Shown here: positions 24,801-37,600 of the stretch, piece after piece | Layout: each line of letters starts with the position of its first letter | Position numbering within the stretch: position 1 is the first letter of the stretch | NCBI GenBank assembly: GCA_030390025.1 | Contig: CM059432.1 | Coordinates: 110,982,001-111,046,000, forward strand | Origin: Squalus acanthias | Lineage: Eukaryota | DNA: 64,000 nt | Reading direction: 5' to 3' | The notes under the pieces: generated by a model | The model's database searches: none | The model's input: the letters and a program-made list of their open reading frames with translations, nothing else | Told to the model about the DNA's origin: nothing | Program-made: the position numbers and the translations under genes

Positions 24801-27800
24801 CCCATTCCCCAGTCTCCCTCTCTCCCCGAGCCCCCATTCCCTAGTCTCCCTCTCTCCCCCGAGCCCCCATTCCCCAGTCTCCCCCTCTCCCCGAGCCCCC
24901 ATTCCCCAGTCTCCCTCTCTCCCCCGAGCCCCCATTCCCCACTCTCCCTCTCTCCCCGAGCCCCCATTCCCTAATCTCCCTCTCTCCCCGAGCCCACATT
25001 CCCCAGTCTACCTCTCTCCCTGAGCCCCCATTGCCTAGTCTCCCTCTCTCCCCGAGCACTCATTCCCCAGTCTACCTCTCTCCCTGAGCCCCCATTCCCC
25101 AGTCTCCCACTCTCCCCGAGCCCCCATTCCCCAGTCTCCCTCTCTCCCCGAGCACTCATTCCCCAGCCTCCCTCTCTCCCCGATCCCCCATTCCCCAGTC
25201 TCCCACTCTCCCCGAGCCCCCATTCCCCAGTCTCCCTCTCTCCCCGAGCCCCCATTCCCTAGTCTCCCTCTCTCCCCCGAGCCCCCATTCCCCAGTCTCC
25301 CCCTCTCCCCGAGCCCCCATTCCCCAGTCTCCCACTCTCCCCCGAGCCCCCATTCCCCACTCTCCCTCTCTCCCCGAGCCCCCATTCCCCAGCCTCCCTC
25401 TCTCCCCGAGCCCCCATTCCCTAGTCTCCCACTCTCCACGAGCCCCCATTCCCCAGTCTCCCACTCTCCCCGAGCCCCCATTCCCCAGTCTCCCTCTCTC
25501 CCTGAGCCCCCATTCCCCAGTCTCCCTCTCTCCCTGAGCCCACATTCCCCAGTCTCCCTCTCTCCCCCGAGCCCCCATTTCCCAGTCTCCCTCTCTCCCC
25601 GAGCCCCCATTCCCCATTCTCCGTCTCTCCCCGAGCCCTCATTCCCCAATCGCCCTCTGTCCCCGAGCCCCCATTCCCAGTCTCCCTCTCTCCCCAAGCC
25701 CTCATTCCCCAATTGCCCTCTCTCTCCGAGCCCTCATTCCCCTGTCTCTCCCAGAGCTCTCATTTCCCAGTCTCTACCTTTGAGCCTCCATTCCCCAGTC
25801 TCCCCCGAGCCCCCATTCCCCAGTCTCCCCCGAGCCCCCATTCCCCAGTCTCAATTTCTCCTCCCGAGCCCCCATTCCCCAGTCTCCCTTTCTCCCCGAG
25901 CCCCATTCCCGTTTCCCTCTCTTCCCCGAGCCCCCATTCCTCAGTCTCACTCTCTCCCCCGAGCCCCCATTCCTCAGTCCCCCTCTCTTCCCCGAGACCC
26001 CATTCCTCAGTCTCCCTCTCTCCCCGAGCCCCCATTTCCCAGTCTCCATCTCCCCCTGAGCCCCCATTCCTCAGTCTCCCTCACTTCCCCGATCCCCCAT
26101 TCCCTGATCTCCCTCTCTACCTGAGGCCCCATACCCCAGTCTCTCTCTTTCCGCCAAGCCCCCTTTCCCCAGTCTCCCTCTCCCCCAAGCCTCCATTCCC
26201 CACTCTCCCTCTCCCCGAGCCCCTATTCCCCAGTCTCCCTCTCCCCCCGAGCCCCCATTCCCTGATCTCCCTCTCTACCTGAGGCCCCATACCCCAGTCT
26301 CTCTCTTTCCGCCAAGCCCCCTTTCCCCAGTCTCCCTCTCCCCCAAGCCTCCATTCCCCACTCTCCCTCTCCCCGAGCCCCTATTCCCCAGTCTCCCTCT
26401 CTCCCCGAGCCCTCATTCCCCAGTCTCCCTCTCTCCCCGAGCCCCCATTCCCCAGTCTCCCTCTCTCCCCGAGCCCCCATTCCCTAGTCTCCCACTCAAC
26501 CCGAGCCCCCATTCCCCAGTCTCCCTCTCTCCCCGATCCCCTATTCCCCAGTCTCCCTCTCTCCCCGAGCCCCCATTCCCCAGTCTCCCTCTCTCCCCGA
26601 GCCCCCATTCCCCAGTCTCCCTTTCTCCCGCCCGAGCCCCGATTCCCCAGTCTCCATCTCCACCCCGAGCCCCCCATTCCCCAGTCTCCCTCTCTCCCCG
26701 ATCCCCTATTCCCCAGTCTCCCTCTCTCCCCGAGCCCCCATTCCCCAGTCTCCCTCTCTCCCCGAGGCCCCCATTCCCCAGTCTCCCCTTTCTCCCGCCC
26801 GAGCCCCGATTCCCCAGTCTCCATCTCCACCCCGAGCCCCCATTCTACAGTCTCCCTCTCTCTCGAGTCCCCATTCACCAGTCCCGAGCCCCCGAGCCCC
26901 CATTCCTCAGTCTCCCTCACTTCCCCGAGCCCCCATTCCTGGTCTCCCTCTCTACCTGAGCCCCCATTCCCCAGTCTCCCTCTCTCCCTCATTCCACAGT
27001 TCCATGTCTACATGAACCCCTATTCCCCAGTCTCCCTTCCCCCTGGAACCCCCATTCCCCAGTCTCCCTCCCCCCGATCCCCCATTCCCCAGTCTCCCTC
27101 TCCCCAAGCCCCCATTCCCCAGTCTCCCTCTCCCGAGCCCCCATTCCCCAGCCTCCCTCTCTCACCGAGCCCCCATTCCCCAGTCTCCCTCTCTCCCCCA
27201 TTCGCCAGTCTCCCTCTCTCCCCGAGCCCTCATTCCTCAGTCTCCCTCTCTCCCCCCGAGCCCCCATTCCCCAGTCTCTCTCTCTCCCGAGCCCCCATTC
27301 CCCAGTCTCCCTCTCTCCCCGAGCCTCCATTCCCCACTCTCCCTCTCTCCCCGAGCCCCCATTCCCCACTCTCCCTCTCTCCCCAAGCCCCCATTCCCCA
27401 GTCTCCCCCTCCCCCCGAGCCCCCATTCCCCAGTCTCCCTCTCTCCCCGAGCCCCATTCCCTAGTCTCCCACTCTCCCCGAGCCCCCATTCCCCAGTCTC
27501 CCTTGCTCCCCGAGCCCCCATTCCCCATACTCCCTCTCTCCCCGAGTCCCCATTCCCCAGTCTCCCTCGCACCCCGAGCCCCCATTCCCCATTCTCCCTC
27601 TCTCCCCGAGCCCGCATTTCCCAGTCTCCCTCTCCCCTGAGCCCCCATTTTCCCAGTCTCCCTCACTTCCCTGAGCCCCCATTCCCTGATCTCCCTCTCT
27701 ACCTGAGGCCCCATACCCCAGTCTCCCTCTCTCCCCGAGCCCCCATTCCCCAGTCTCCCTCTCTCCCCGAGCCCCCCATTCCCTAGTCTCCCACTCTCCC

Positions 27801-28935
27801 CGAGCCCCCATTCCCCAGTCTCCCTCTCTCCCCGAGCCCTCATTCCCAAGTCTCCCTCTCTCCCCGAGCCCCCATTCCCCAGTCTCCCTCTCTCCCCGAG
27901 CCCCCATTCCCTAGTCTCCCACTCTCCCCGAGCCCCCATTCCCCAGTCTCCCTCTCTCCCCGAGCCCCCATTCCGCAGTCTCCCTCTCTCCCCGAGCCCC
28001 CATTCCGCAGTCTCCCTTTCTCCCGCCCGAGCCCCGATTCCCCAGTCTCCATCTCCACCCCGAGCCCCCATTCTACAGTCACTCTCTCCCCAAGCTCTCA
28101 TTTCCCAGTCTCTCTCGTTCCCTCGAGCCCCCATTCCCCAGTCTCTCTACCCCCCCGAGCCCCCATTCCTCAGTCTCCCTACCCCCGAGCCCCCATTCCC
28201 CAGTCTCCCTCTCTCCCACATTCCCCAGTCTCCATGTCTACCTGAACCCCTATTCCCCAGTCTCCCTCTCCCCCGGAACCCCCATTCCCTAGTCTTCCTC
28301 CCCCCGATCCCCCATTCTCCAGTCTCCCTCTCTCCCTGAACCCCCATTCCCCAGTCTCCCTCTCCCCCGGAACCCCCCATTCCCCAGTCTCCCTCTCACC
28401 AAGCCCCCATTCCCCAGCCTCCCTCTCTCACCGAGCCCCCATTCCCTAGTCTTCCTCCCCCCGATCCCCCATTCTCCAGTCTCCCTCTCTCCCTGACCCC
28501 CCATTCCCCAGTCTCCCTCTCCCCCGAGCCCCCATTCCCCAGTCTCCCTCTCTTCCCCGAGTCTCCATTCTCCAGTCTCCATCTCCCCCTGAGCCCCCAT
28601 TCCCCAGTCTCCCTCTCTCCCCTAGCCCCCATTCCCCAGTCTCCCTCTCTTCCCCGAGCCCCCATTCCCGTTTCCCTCACTTCCCCGAGCCCCCATTCCC
28701 CAGTCCCGCTCTAATTCCCGATCCCCCATTCCGCATTCTCCCTCTCTCCCTCGAGCCCCCATTCCCCAGTCTCCCTCTCTTCCCCGGGCCACCATTCCCT
28801 AGTCACTCTCTCTTCCCCGAGCCCCCATTCACGTTTCCCTCCCTTCCCCGAGCCCCCATTCTCCAGTCTCCCTCTCTCCCCAAGCCCCCATTCCCCAGTC
28901 TCCCTCTCTCCCCCGGAGCAACCATTCCCCATCTT
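15870..28935. repeat. ~13-kb tandem array of a ~32-bp pyrimidine-rich unit (CCCGAGCCCCCATTCCCCAGTCTCCCTCTCTC)
   Basis: Directly visible; roughly 400 diverged units by length, with recurring variant blocks. Confidence 0.97.
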
Positions 28936-28965
28936 CCTCTTCCACACTTTCGAGCCTTCAGGCCC

Positions 28966-31900
28966 AATTGCCAACATCCCTCGATTGTTGACACCCACTT
29001 GATTGCCGACACCACCTCGATTGTTGACACTCCCTCGATTGTTGACACGCCCTCGATTGTTGACATCCCCTCGATTGTTGACACTCCCTCGATTGTTGAC
29101 ACCCCCTCGATTGTTGACACCCCCTCGATTGTTGACACCCCCTCGATTGTTGACATCCCCTCGATTGTTGACACTCCCTCGATTGTTGACACCCCTCGAT
29201 TGTTGACACTCCCTCGATTGTTGACACCCCTCGATTGTTGACACTCCCTCGATTGTTGACACCCCTCGATTGTTGACACCCCTCGATTGTTGACACCCCC
29301 TCGATTGTTGACACCCCTCGATTGTTGACACCCCCTCGATTGTTGACACCCCCTCGATTGTTGACACCCCTCGATTGTTGACACCCCCTCGATTGTTGAC
29401 ACTCCCTCGATTGTTGACACCCCTCGATTGTTGACACCCCTCGATTGTTGACACCCCCTCGATTGTTGACACCCCCTCGATTGTTGACACCCCTCGATTG
29501 TTGACACCCGCTCGATTGTTGACACCCCTCGATTGTTGACACCCCCTCGATTGTTGACACCCCTCGATTGTTGACACCCCCTCGATTGTTGACACCCCCT
29601 CGATTGTTGACACTCCCTCGATTGTTGACACCCCCTCGATTGTTGACACCCCCTCGATTGTTGACACCCCTCGATTGTTGACACCCCTCGATTGTTGACA
29701 CCCCCTCGATTGTTGACACCCCCTCGATTGTTGACACCCCTCGATTGTTGACACCCCCTCGATTGTTGACACCCCCTCGATTGTTGACACCCCTCGATTG
29801 TTGACACCCCCTCGATTGTTGACACCCCTCGATTGTTGACACCCCCTCGATTGTTGACACCCCTCGATTGTTGACACCCCCTCGATTGTTGACACCCCCT
29901 CGATTGTTGACACTCCCTCGATTGTTGACACCCCCTCGATTGTTGACACTCCCTCGATTGTTGACACCCCCTCGATTGTTGACACCCCCTCGATTGTTGA
30001 CACTCCCTCGATTGTTGACACCCCCTCGATTGTTGACACCCCTCGATTGTTGACACTCCCCTCGATTGTTGACACCCCCTCGATTGTTGACACTCCCTCG
30101 ATTGTTGACACCCCCTCGATTGTTGACACCCCTCGATTGTTGACACTCCCTCGATTGTTGACACCCCGTCGATTGTTGACACTCCCTCGATTGTTGACAC
30201 CCCCTCGATTGTTGACACTCCCTCGATTGTTGACACCCCCTCGATTGTTGACACCCCCTCGATTGTTGACACCCCCTCGATTGTTGACACCCCTCGATTG
30301 TTGACACTCCCTCGATTGTTGACACCCCCTCGATTGTTGACACCCCCTCGATTGTTGACACCCCTCGATTGTTGACACCCCTCGATTGTTGACACCCCCT
30401 CGATTGTTGACACCCCTCGATTGTTGACACCCCCTCGATTGTTGACACCCCTCGATTGTTGACACTCCCTCGATTGTTGACACCCCCTCGATTGTTGACA
30501 CTCCCTCGATTGTTGACACCCCCTCGATTGTTGACACCCCCTCGATTGTTGACACCCCTCGATTGTTGACACCCCTCGATTGTTGACACTCCCTCGATTG
30601 TTGACACCCCTCGATTGTTGACACCCCCTCGATTGTTGACACCCCCTCGATTGTTGACACCCCCTCGATTGTTGACACCCCCTCGATTGTTGACACCCCT
30701 CGATTGTTGACACTCCCTCGATTGTTGACACCCCCTCGATTGTTGACACCCCCTCGATTGTTGACATCCCCTCGATTGTTGACACCCCTCGATTGTTGAC
30801 ACCCCCTCGATTGTTGACACCCCTCGATTGTTGACACCCCTCGATTGTTGACACCCCCTCGATTGTTGACACCCCCTCGATTGTTGACACCCCCTCGATT
30901 GTTGACACCCCCTCGATTGTTGACACCCCCTCGATTGTTGACACCCCTCGATTGTTGACACCCGCTCGATTGTTGACACCCCTCGATTGTTGACACCCCC
31001 TCGATTGTTGACACCCCTCGATTGTTGACACCCCCTCGATTGTTGACACCCCTCGATTGTTGACATCCCTCTCGATTGTTGACACCCCCTCGATTGTTGA
31101 CACCCCCTCGATTGTTGACACCCCTCGATTGTTGACACCCCCTCGATTGTTGACATCCCCTCGATTGTTGACACCCCCTCGATCATTGACACCCCCTCGA
31201 TTGTTGACACCTCTCGATTGTTGACACCCCCTCGATCTGTTGACACTCCCTCGATTGTTGACACCCCCTCGATTGCCGACACGCCCTCGATTGTTGACAC
31301 CCCCTCGATTGTTGACACGCTCTCGATTGTTGACACCCCCTCGATTGTTGACACTCCCTCGATTGTTGACACCCCCTCGATTGTCGACACGCCCTCGATT
31401 GTTGACACCCCCTCGATTGTTGACACCCCCTCGATTGTTGACATCCTCTCGATTGTTGACACCCCCTCGATTGTTGACACTCCCTCGATTGTTGACACCC
31501 CCTCGATTGTTGACATCCCCTCGATTGTTGACACCCCCTCGATTGTTGACACTCCCTCGATTGTTGACATCCTTTTGATTGTTGACACCCCTCGATTGTT
31601 GACACCCCTCGATTGTTGACACTCCCTCGATTGTTGACACCCCCTCGATTGTTGACATCCTCTCGATTGTTGACACCCCTCGATTGTTGACACCCCCTCG
31701 ATTGTTGACACCCCTCGATTGTTGACACCCCTCGATTGTTGACACTCCCTCGATTGTTGACACCCCCTCGATTGTTGACACCCCCTCGATTGTTGACACC
31801 CCCTCGATTGTTGACACCCCTCGATTGTTGACACCCCTCGATTGTTGACACCCCTCGATTGTTGACACCCCTCGATTGTTGACACCCCTCGATTGTTGAC

Positions 31901-34900
31901 ACCCCTCGATTGTTGACACCCCCTCGATTGTTGACACCCCCTCGATTGTTGACACCCCCTCGATTGTTGACACCCCTCGATTGTTGACACTCCCTCGATT
32001 GTTGACACCCCCTCGATTGTTGACACCCCCTCGATTGTTGACATCCCCTCGATTGTTGACACCCCTCGATTGTTGACACCCCTCGATTGTTGACAGCCCC
32101 TCGATTGTTGACACCCCTCGATTGTTGACACCCCCTCGATTGTTGACATCCCCTCGATTGTTGACACCCCCTCGATTGTTGACACCCCCTCGATTGTTGA
32201 CACCCCCTCGATTGTTGACACCCCTCGATTGTTGACACCCCTCGATTGTTGACACTCCCTCGATTGTTGACACCCCCTCGATTGTTGACACGCCCTCGAT
32301 TGTTGACACCCCCTCGATTGTTGACACCCCTCGATTGTTGACATCCTCTCGATTGTTGACACCCCCTCGATTGTTGACACTCCCTCGATTGTTGACACCC
32401 CCTCGATTGTTGACACCCCCTCGATTGTTGACATCCCCTCGATTGTTGACACCCCCTCGATCATTGACACCCCCTCGATTGTTGACACGCTCTCGATTGT
32501 TGACACCCCCTCGATCTTTGACACTCCCTCGATTGTTGACACCCCCTCGATTGTTGACACGCCCTCGATTGTTGACACCCCCTCGATTGTTGACACGCTC
32601 TCGATTGTTGACACCCCCTCGATTGTTGACACTCCCTCGATTGTTGACACCCCCTCGATTGTTGACACGCCCTCGATTGTTGACACCCCCTCGATTGTTG
32701 ACACCCCCTCGATTGTTGACATCCTCTCGATTGTTGACACCCCCTCGATTGTTGACACTCCCTCGATTGTTGACACCCCCTCGATTGTTGACATCCCCTC
32801 GATTGTTGACACCCCCTCGATTGTTGACACTCCCTCGATTGTTGACACCCCTCGATTGTTGACACCCCTCGATTGTTGACACCCCTCGATTGTTGACACC
32901 CCTCGATTGTTGACACCCCCTCGATTGTTGACACCCCTCGATTGTTGACACCCCCTCGATTGTTGACACCCCCTCGATTGTTGACACCCCCTCGATTGTT
33001 GACACCCCTCGATTGTTGACACCCCCTCGATTGTTGACACCCCCTCGATTGTTGACACTCCCTCGATTGTTGACACCCCCTCGATTGTTGACACCCCCTC
33101 GATTGTTGACACCCCTCGATTGTTGACACCCCCTCGATTGTTGACACCCCCTCGATTGTTGACACCCCCTCGATTGTTGACACCCCTCGATTGTTGACAC
33201 CCCCTCGATTGTTGACACCCCCTCGATTGTTGACACCCCCTCGATTGTTGACATCCTCTCGATTGTTGACACCCCTCGATTGTTGACACCCCCTCGATTG
33301 TTGACATCCTCTTGATTGTTGACACCCCCTCGATTGTTGACACTCCCTCGATTGTTGACATCCTCTCGATTGTTGACACCCCCTCGATTGTTGACACCCC
33401 TCGATTGTTGACATCCTCTCGATTGTTGACACCCCCTCGATTGTTGACACTCCCTCGATTGTTGACATCCTCTCGATTGTTGACACTCCCTCGATTGTTG
33501 ACATCCCCTCGATTGTTGACACCCCCTCGATTGTTGACACTCCCTCGATTGTTGACATCCCCTCGATTGTTGACACCCCCTCGATTGTTGACACCCCTCG
33601 ATTGTTGACACTCCCTCGATTGTTGACACCCCCTCGATTGTTGACACCCCCTCGATTGTTGACACCCCTCGATTGTTGACACCCCCTCGATTGTTGACAC
33701 CCCTCGATTGTCGACACCCCCTCGATTGTTGACAGCCCCTCGATTGTCGACACCCCCTCGATTGTTGACACCCCCTCGATTGTTGACACTCCCTCGATTG
33801 TCGACACCCCCTCGATTGTTGACACCCCCTCGATTGTTGACACTCCCTCGATTGTTGACACCCCTCGATTGTTGACACCCCCTCGATTGTTGACACTCCC
33901 TCGATTGTTGACACTCCCTCGATTGTTGACACCCCCTCGATTGTTGACACCCCCTCGATTGTTGACACCCCCTCGATTGTTGACACCCCTCGATTGTTGA
34001 CACTCCCTCGATTGTTGACACCCCCTCGATTGTTGACACCCCCTCGATTGTTGACACCCCTCGATTGTTGACACCCCTCGATTGTTGACACCCCCTCGAT
34101 TGTTGACACCCCTCGATTGTTGACACCCCTCGATTGTTGACACCCCCTCGATTGTCGACATCCCCTCGATTGTCGACACCCCCTCGATTGTTGACATCCC
34201 CTCGATTGTTGACACCCCTCGATTGTTGACACCCCTCGATTGTTGACACCCCTCGATTGTTGACACCCCTCGATTGTTGACACCCCCTCGATTGTTGACA
34301 TCCCCTCGATTGTTGACACCCCCTCGATTGTTGACACCCCCTCGATTGTTGACATCCCCTCGATTGTTGACACCCCCTCGATTGTTGACACCCCCTCGAT
34401 TGTTGACACCCCTCGATTGTTGACACCCCTTCGATTGATGACACCCCCTCGATTGTTGACACCCCTCGATTGTCGACACCCCCTCGATTGTTGACACCCC
34501 CTCGATTGTTGACACCCCTCGATTGTTGAGACGCCCTCGATTGTTGAGACGCCCTCGATTGTTGACACCCCCTCGATTGTTGAGACGCCCTCGATTGTTG
34601 ACACACCCTCGATTGTCGACACACCCTCGATTGTTGGCATCCTCTCGATTGTTGACACCCCCTCGATTGTTGACACCCCCTCGATTGTTGACACCCCCTC
34701 GATTGTTGACACCCCCTCAATTGTTGACATCCCCTCGATTGTTGACACCCCCTCGATCATTGACACCCCCTCAATTGTTGACACGTTCTCGATTGTTGAC
34801 ACCCCCTCGATCATTGACACTCCCTCGATTGTTGACACCCCCTCGATTGCCGACACGCCCTCGATTGTTGACACCCCCTCGATTGTTGACACGCTCTCGA

Positions 34901-36394
34901 TTGTTGACACCCCCTCGATCATTGACACTCCCTCAATTGTTGACACCCCCTCGATTGCCGACACGCTCTCGATTGTTGACACCCCCTCGATTGTTGACAC
35001 CCCCTCGATTGTTGACATCCTCTCGATTGTTGACACCCCCTCGATTGTTGACACTCCCTCGATTGTTGACACCCCCTCGATTGTTGACCTCCCCTCAATT
35101 GTTGACACCCCCTCGATTGTTGACACTCCCTCGATTGTTGACATCCTTTTGACTGTTGACACCCCTCGATTGTTGACACCCCTCGATTGTTGACACTCCA
35201 TCGATTGTTGACACCCCCTCGATTGTTGACACCCCTCGATTGTTGACACTCCCTCGATTGTTGACACCCCCTCGATTGTTGACACCCCCTCGATTGTTGA
35301 CACCCCTCGATTGTTGACACCCCCTCGATTGTTGACACCCCCTCGATTGTCGACACTCCCTCGATTGTTGACACCCCCTCGATTGTTGACACCCCCTCGA
35401 TTGTTGACACCCCTCGATTGTTGACACCCTCTCGATTGTTGACACCCCCTCGATTGTTGACACCCCCTCGATTGTTGACACTCCCTCGATTGTCGACACC
35501 CCCTCGATTGTTGACACCCCCTCGATTGTTGACATCCTCTCGATTGTTGACACCCCCTCGATTGTTGACACCCCCTCGATTGTTGACATCCTCTCGATTG
35601 TTGACATCCCCTCGATTGTTGACACCCCCTCGATTGTTGACATCCTCTTGATTGTTGACACCCCCTCGATTGTTGACACCCCCTCGATTGTTGACATCCC
35701 CTCGATTGTTGACACCCCCTCGATTGTTGACACTCCCTCGATTGTTGACATCCTCTCGATTGTTGACATCCCCTCGATTGTTGACACCCCTTCGATTGTT
35801 GACACCCCCTCGATTGTTGACACCCCCTCGATTGTTGACACTCCCTCGATTGTTGACATCCTCTCGATTGTTGACATCCCCTCGATTGTTGACACCCCCT
35901 CGATTGTTGACACCCCCTCGATTGTTGACACCCTCTCGATTGTTGACACGCCCTCGATTGTTGACACCCCCTCGATTGTTGACACCCCCTCGATTGTTGA
36001 CACGCCCTCGATTGTTGACACCCCCTCGATTGTTGACATCCTCTCGATTGTTGACATCCCCTCGATTGTTGACACCCCCTCGATTGTTGACACCCCCTCG
36101 ATTGTTGACACCCTCTCGATTGTTGACATGCCCTCGATTGTTGACACCCCCTCGATTGTTGACACCCCCTCCATTGTTGACACCCCCTCGATTGTTGACA
36201 TCCTCTCGATTGTTGACATGCCCTCGATTGTTGACACCCCTTCGATTGTTGACACCCCTCGATTGTTGACACCCCCTCCATTGTTGACACCCCCTCGATT
36301 GTTGACATCCTCTCGATTGTTGACATGCCCTCGATTGTTGACACCCCTTCGATTGTTGACACCCCTCGATTGTTGACACCCCCTGAATTGCCAA
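28966..36394. repeat. ~7.4-kb tandem array of a 17/18-bp unit (CCCC[C]TCGATTGTTGACA)
   Basis: Directly visible; roughly 420 homogeneous units by length. Variation is mostly in the C-run. Confidence 0.98.
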
Positions 36395-37459
36395 TTGTTG
36401 GACATCCTGGAGAGTTAAGGGTTAACAATCGGACTTTGTTGAATCTTGGAACAACAGGCTTTCCAATATATACAGGATGGCTTTGAAAAGCCATGAGAAC
36501 AAAGCATGGCTTATCTTCTGCTCCAAATGTCTGAGTATTATCAACGAGAAATGCTTGTGCAAGGAAATGACTGGAACGATATCATGGCCGCAAAATTAAG
36601 AGGTCTAGCGCTGGCCGTTAAGTCTGGTGTTGCTGAGAAAATGTTGGACATCGTTTTTACATTTTATTGGAGTAGTGGCTTGGTGCAATATATTTAAAAT
36701 GTTGTTAAAGCCAGGGAGAGCAGGGAGTACTGCTGGATGCTTGCAAGGATTTGGATGTTAAAGGAAGGCCTCCGATAACACCACTTGCGCCCAGTCCTGG
36801 GGGCTCTCGTTGCAGTCCCCCTTGGGCTGTAACATCACATGGAGATGGAGCAGAGGCAGCAAAGGGGGCAAGCTACTTGCAGAGGGAGGAGGAGGAACAG
36901 GAAGAGGAGGAGGAGGAAGAGGAACAAGCAGAAGAGGAGGAAGCAGAAGGAAGCATGCAACCCAGGCAGTTCCTTTCTGGCCGGGATATCCGGGATGGAA
37001 TCATTTGCCTGCAGTACCAGTGACCACAACCCCAATTCCCCTTTCAACATTAGTCCCACACCTTACCTTCTCTCTGTTACTGACCATCAAAGCGTCCTCT
37101 TGGCCACAATGCTGAAATAAAGGCCACCACAAAGCAAACTTTCCAATCCAACTTTATACATCTATCCATCCAATATGACATCAAAAAATCAACTCATCAC
37201 CCTTATGCATTCCCTTAGTGACTGTCTTGTGTATGCCTTTGCCGATCCTACTGATGTCACACAGTGCTCCCCAGTGGCGGCAGCATGGCTGGTGGAAGGC
37301 TGCTGACTTTCAGTGGGGGACACTGCAGATGGGCTTGCAGGACGACCTCCAGGAGCTGGTGGCTGGGAGTGTGAAATCAAATAACGATATTTCTTCTTCT
37401 TCACTCTCCTCTTCCTCTTCTTGGTCAACCATTGGCTGGGCAGGCTGCATTTCTTGGGT

Positions 37460-37600
37460 CAAAAGCAAAATACTGCGGATGCTGGAAATCTGAAATAAAA
37501 ACAGAAAATGCTGGAAATACTCAGCAGGTCAGGCAGCATCTGTAGAGAGAGAAACAGAGTTAACGTTTCAGGTCGATGACCCTTCGTCAGAACTGGAAAA
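37460..37600 (-). mobile_element. Penelope-like element terminal fragment
   Basis: AAAGCAAAATACTGCGGATGCTGGAAATC...GACCCTTCGTCAGAACT, a shark Penelope-type repeat (recalled), containing a hammerhead core. Confidence 0.65.
37558..37594 (-). ncRNA. Minimal type I hammerhead ribozyme motif
   Basis: Minus strand: AGUU-CUGACGA-AGGGUC AUC GACCU-GAAA-CG-UU-AACU. Core CUGANGA/GAAA, helix II, 4-bp helix I and palindromic ACGU helix III. Confidence 0.7.

Noticed and set aside
15844..28700. Dozens of G/E/R/W-rich or Pro/Ser-rich ORFs
   Set aside because: They are translations of the 32-mer array in all frames, with constant frame switching.
15870..28935. Immunoglobulin switch-like region
   Set aside because: G-rich but AGCT motifs are sparse and there are no Ig exons in the window.
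28966..36394. CRISPR-like array
   Set aside because: Units are head-to-tail with no unique spacers, there are no cas genes, and the context is vertebrate.
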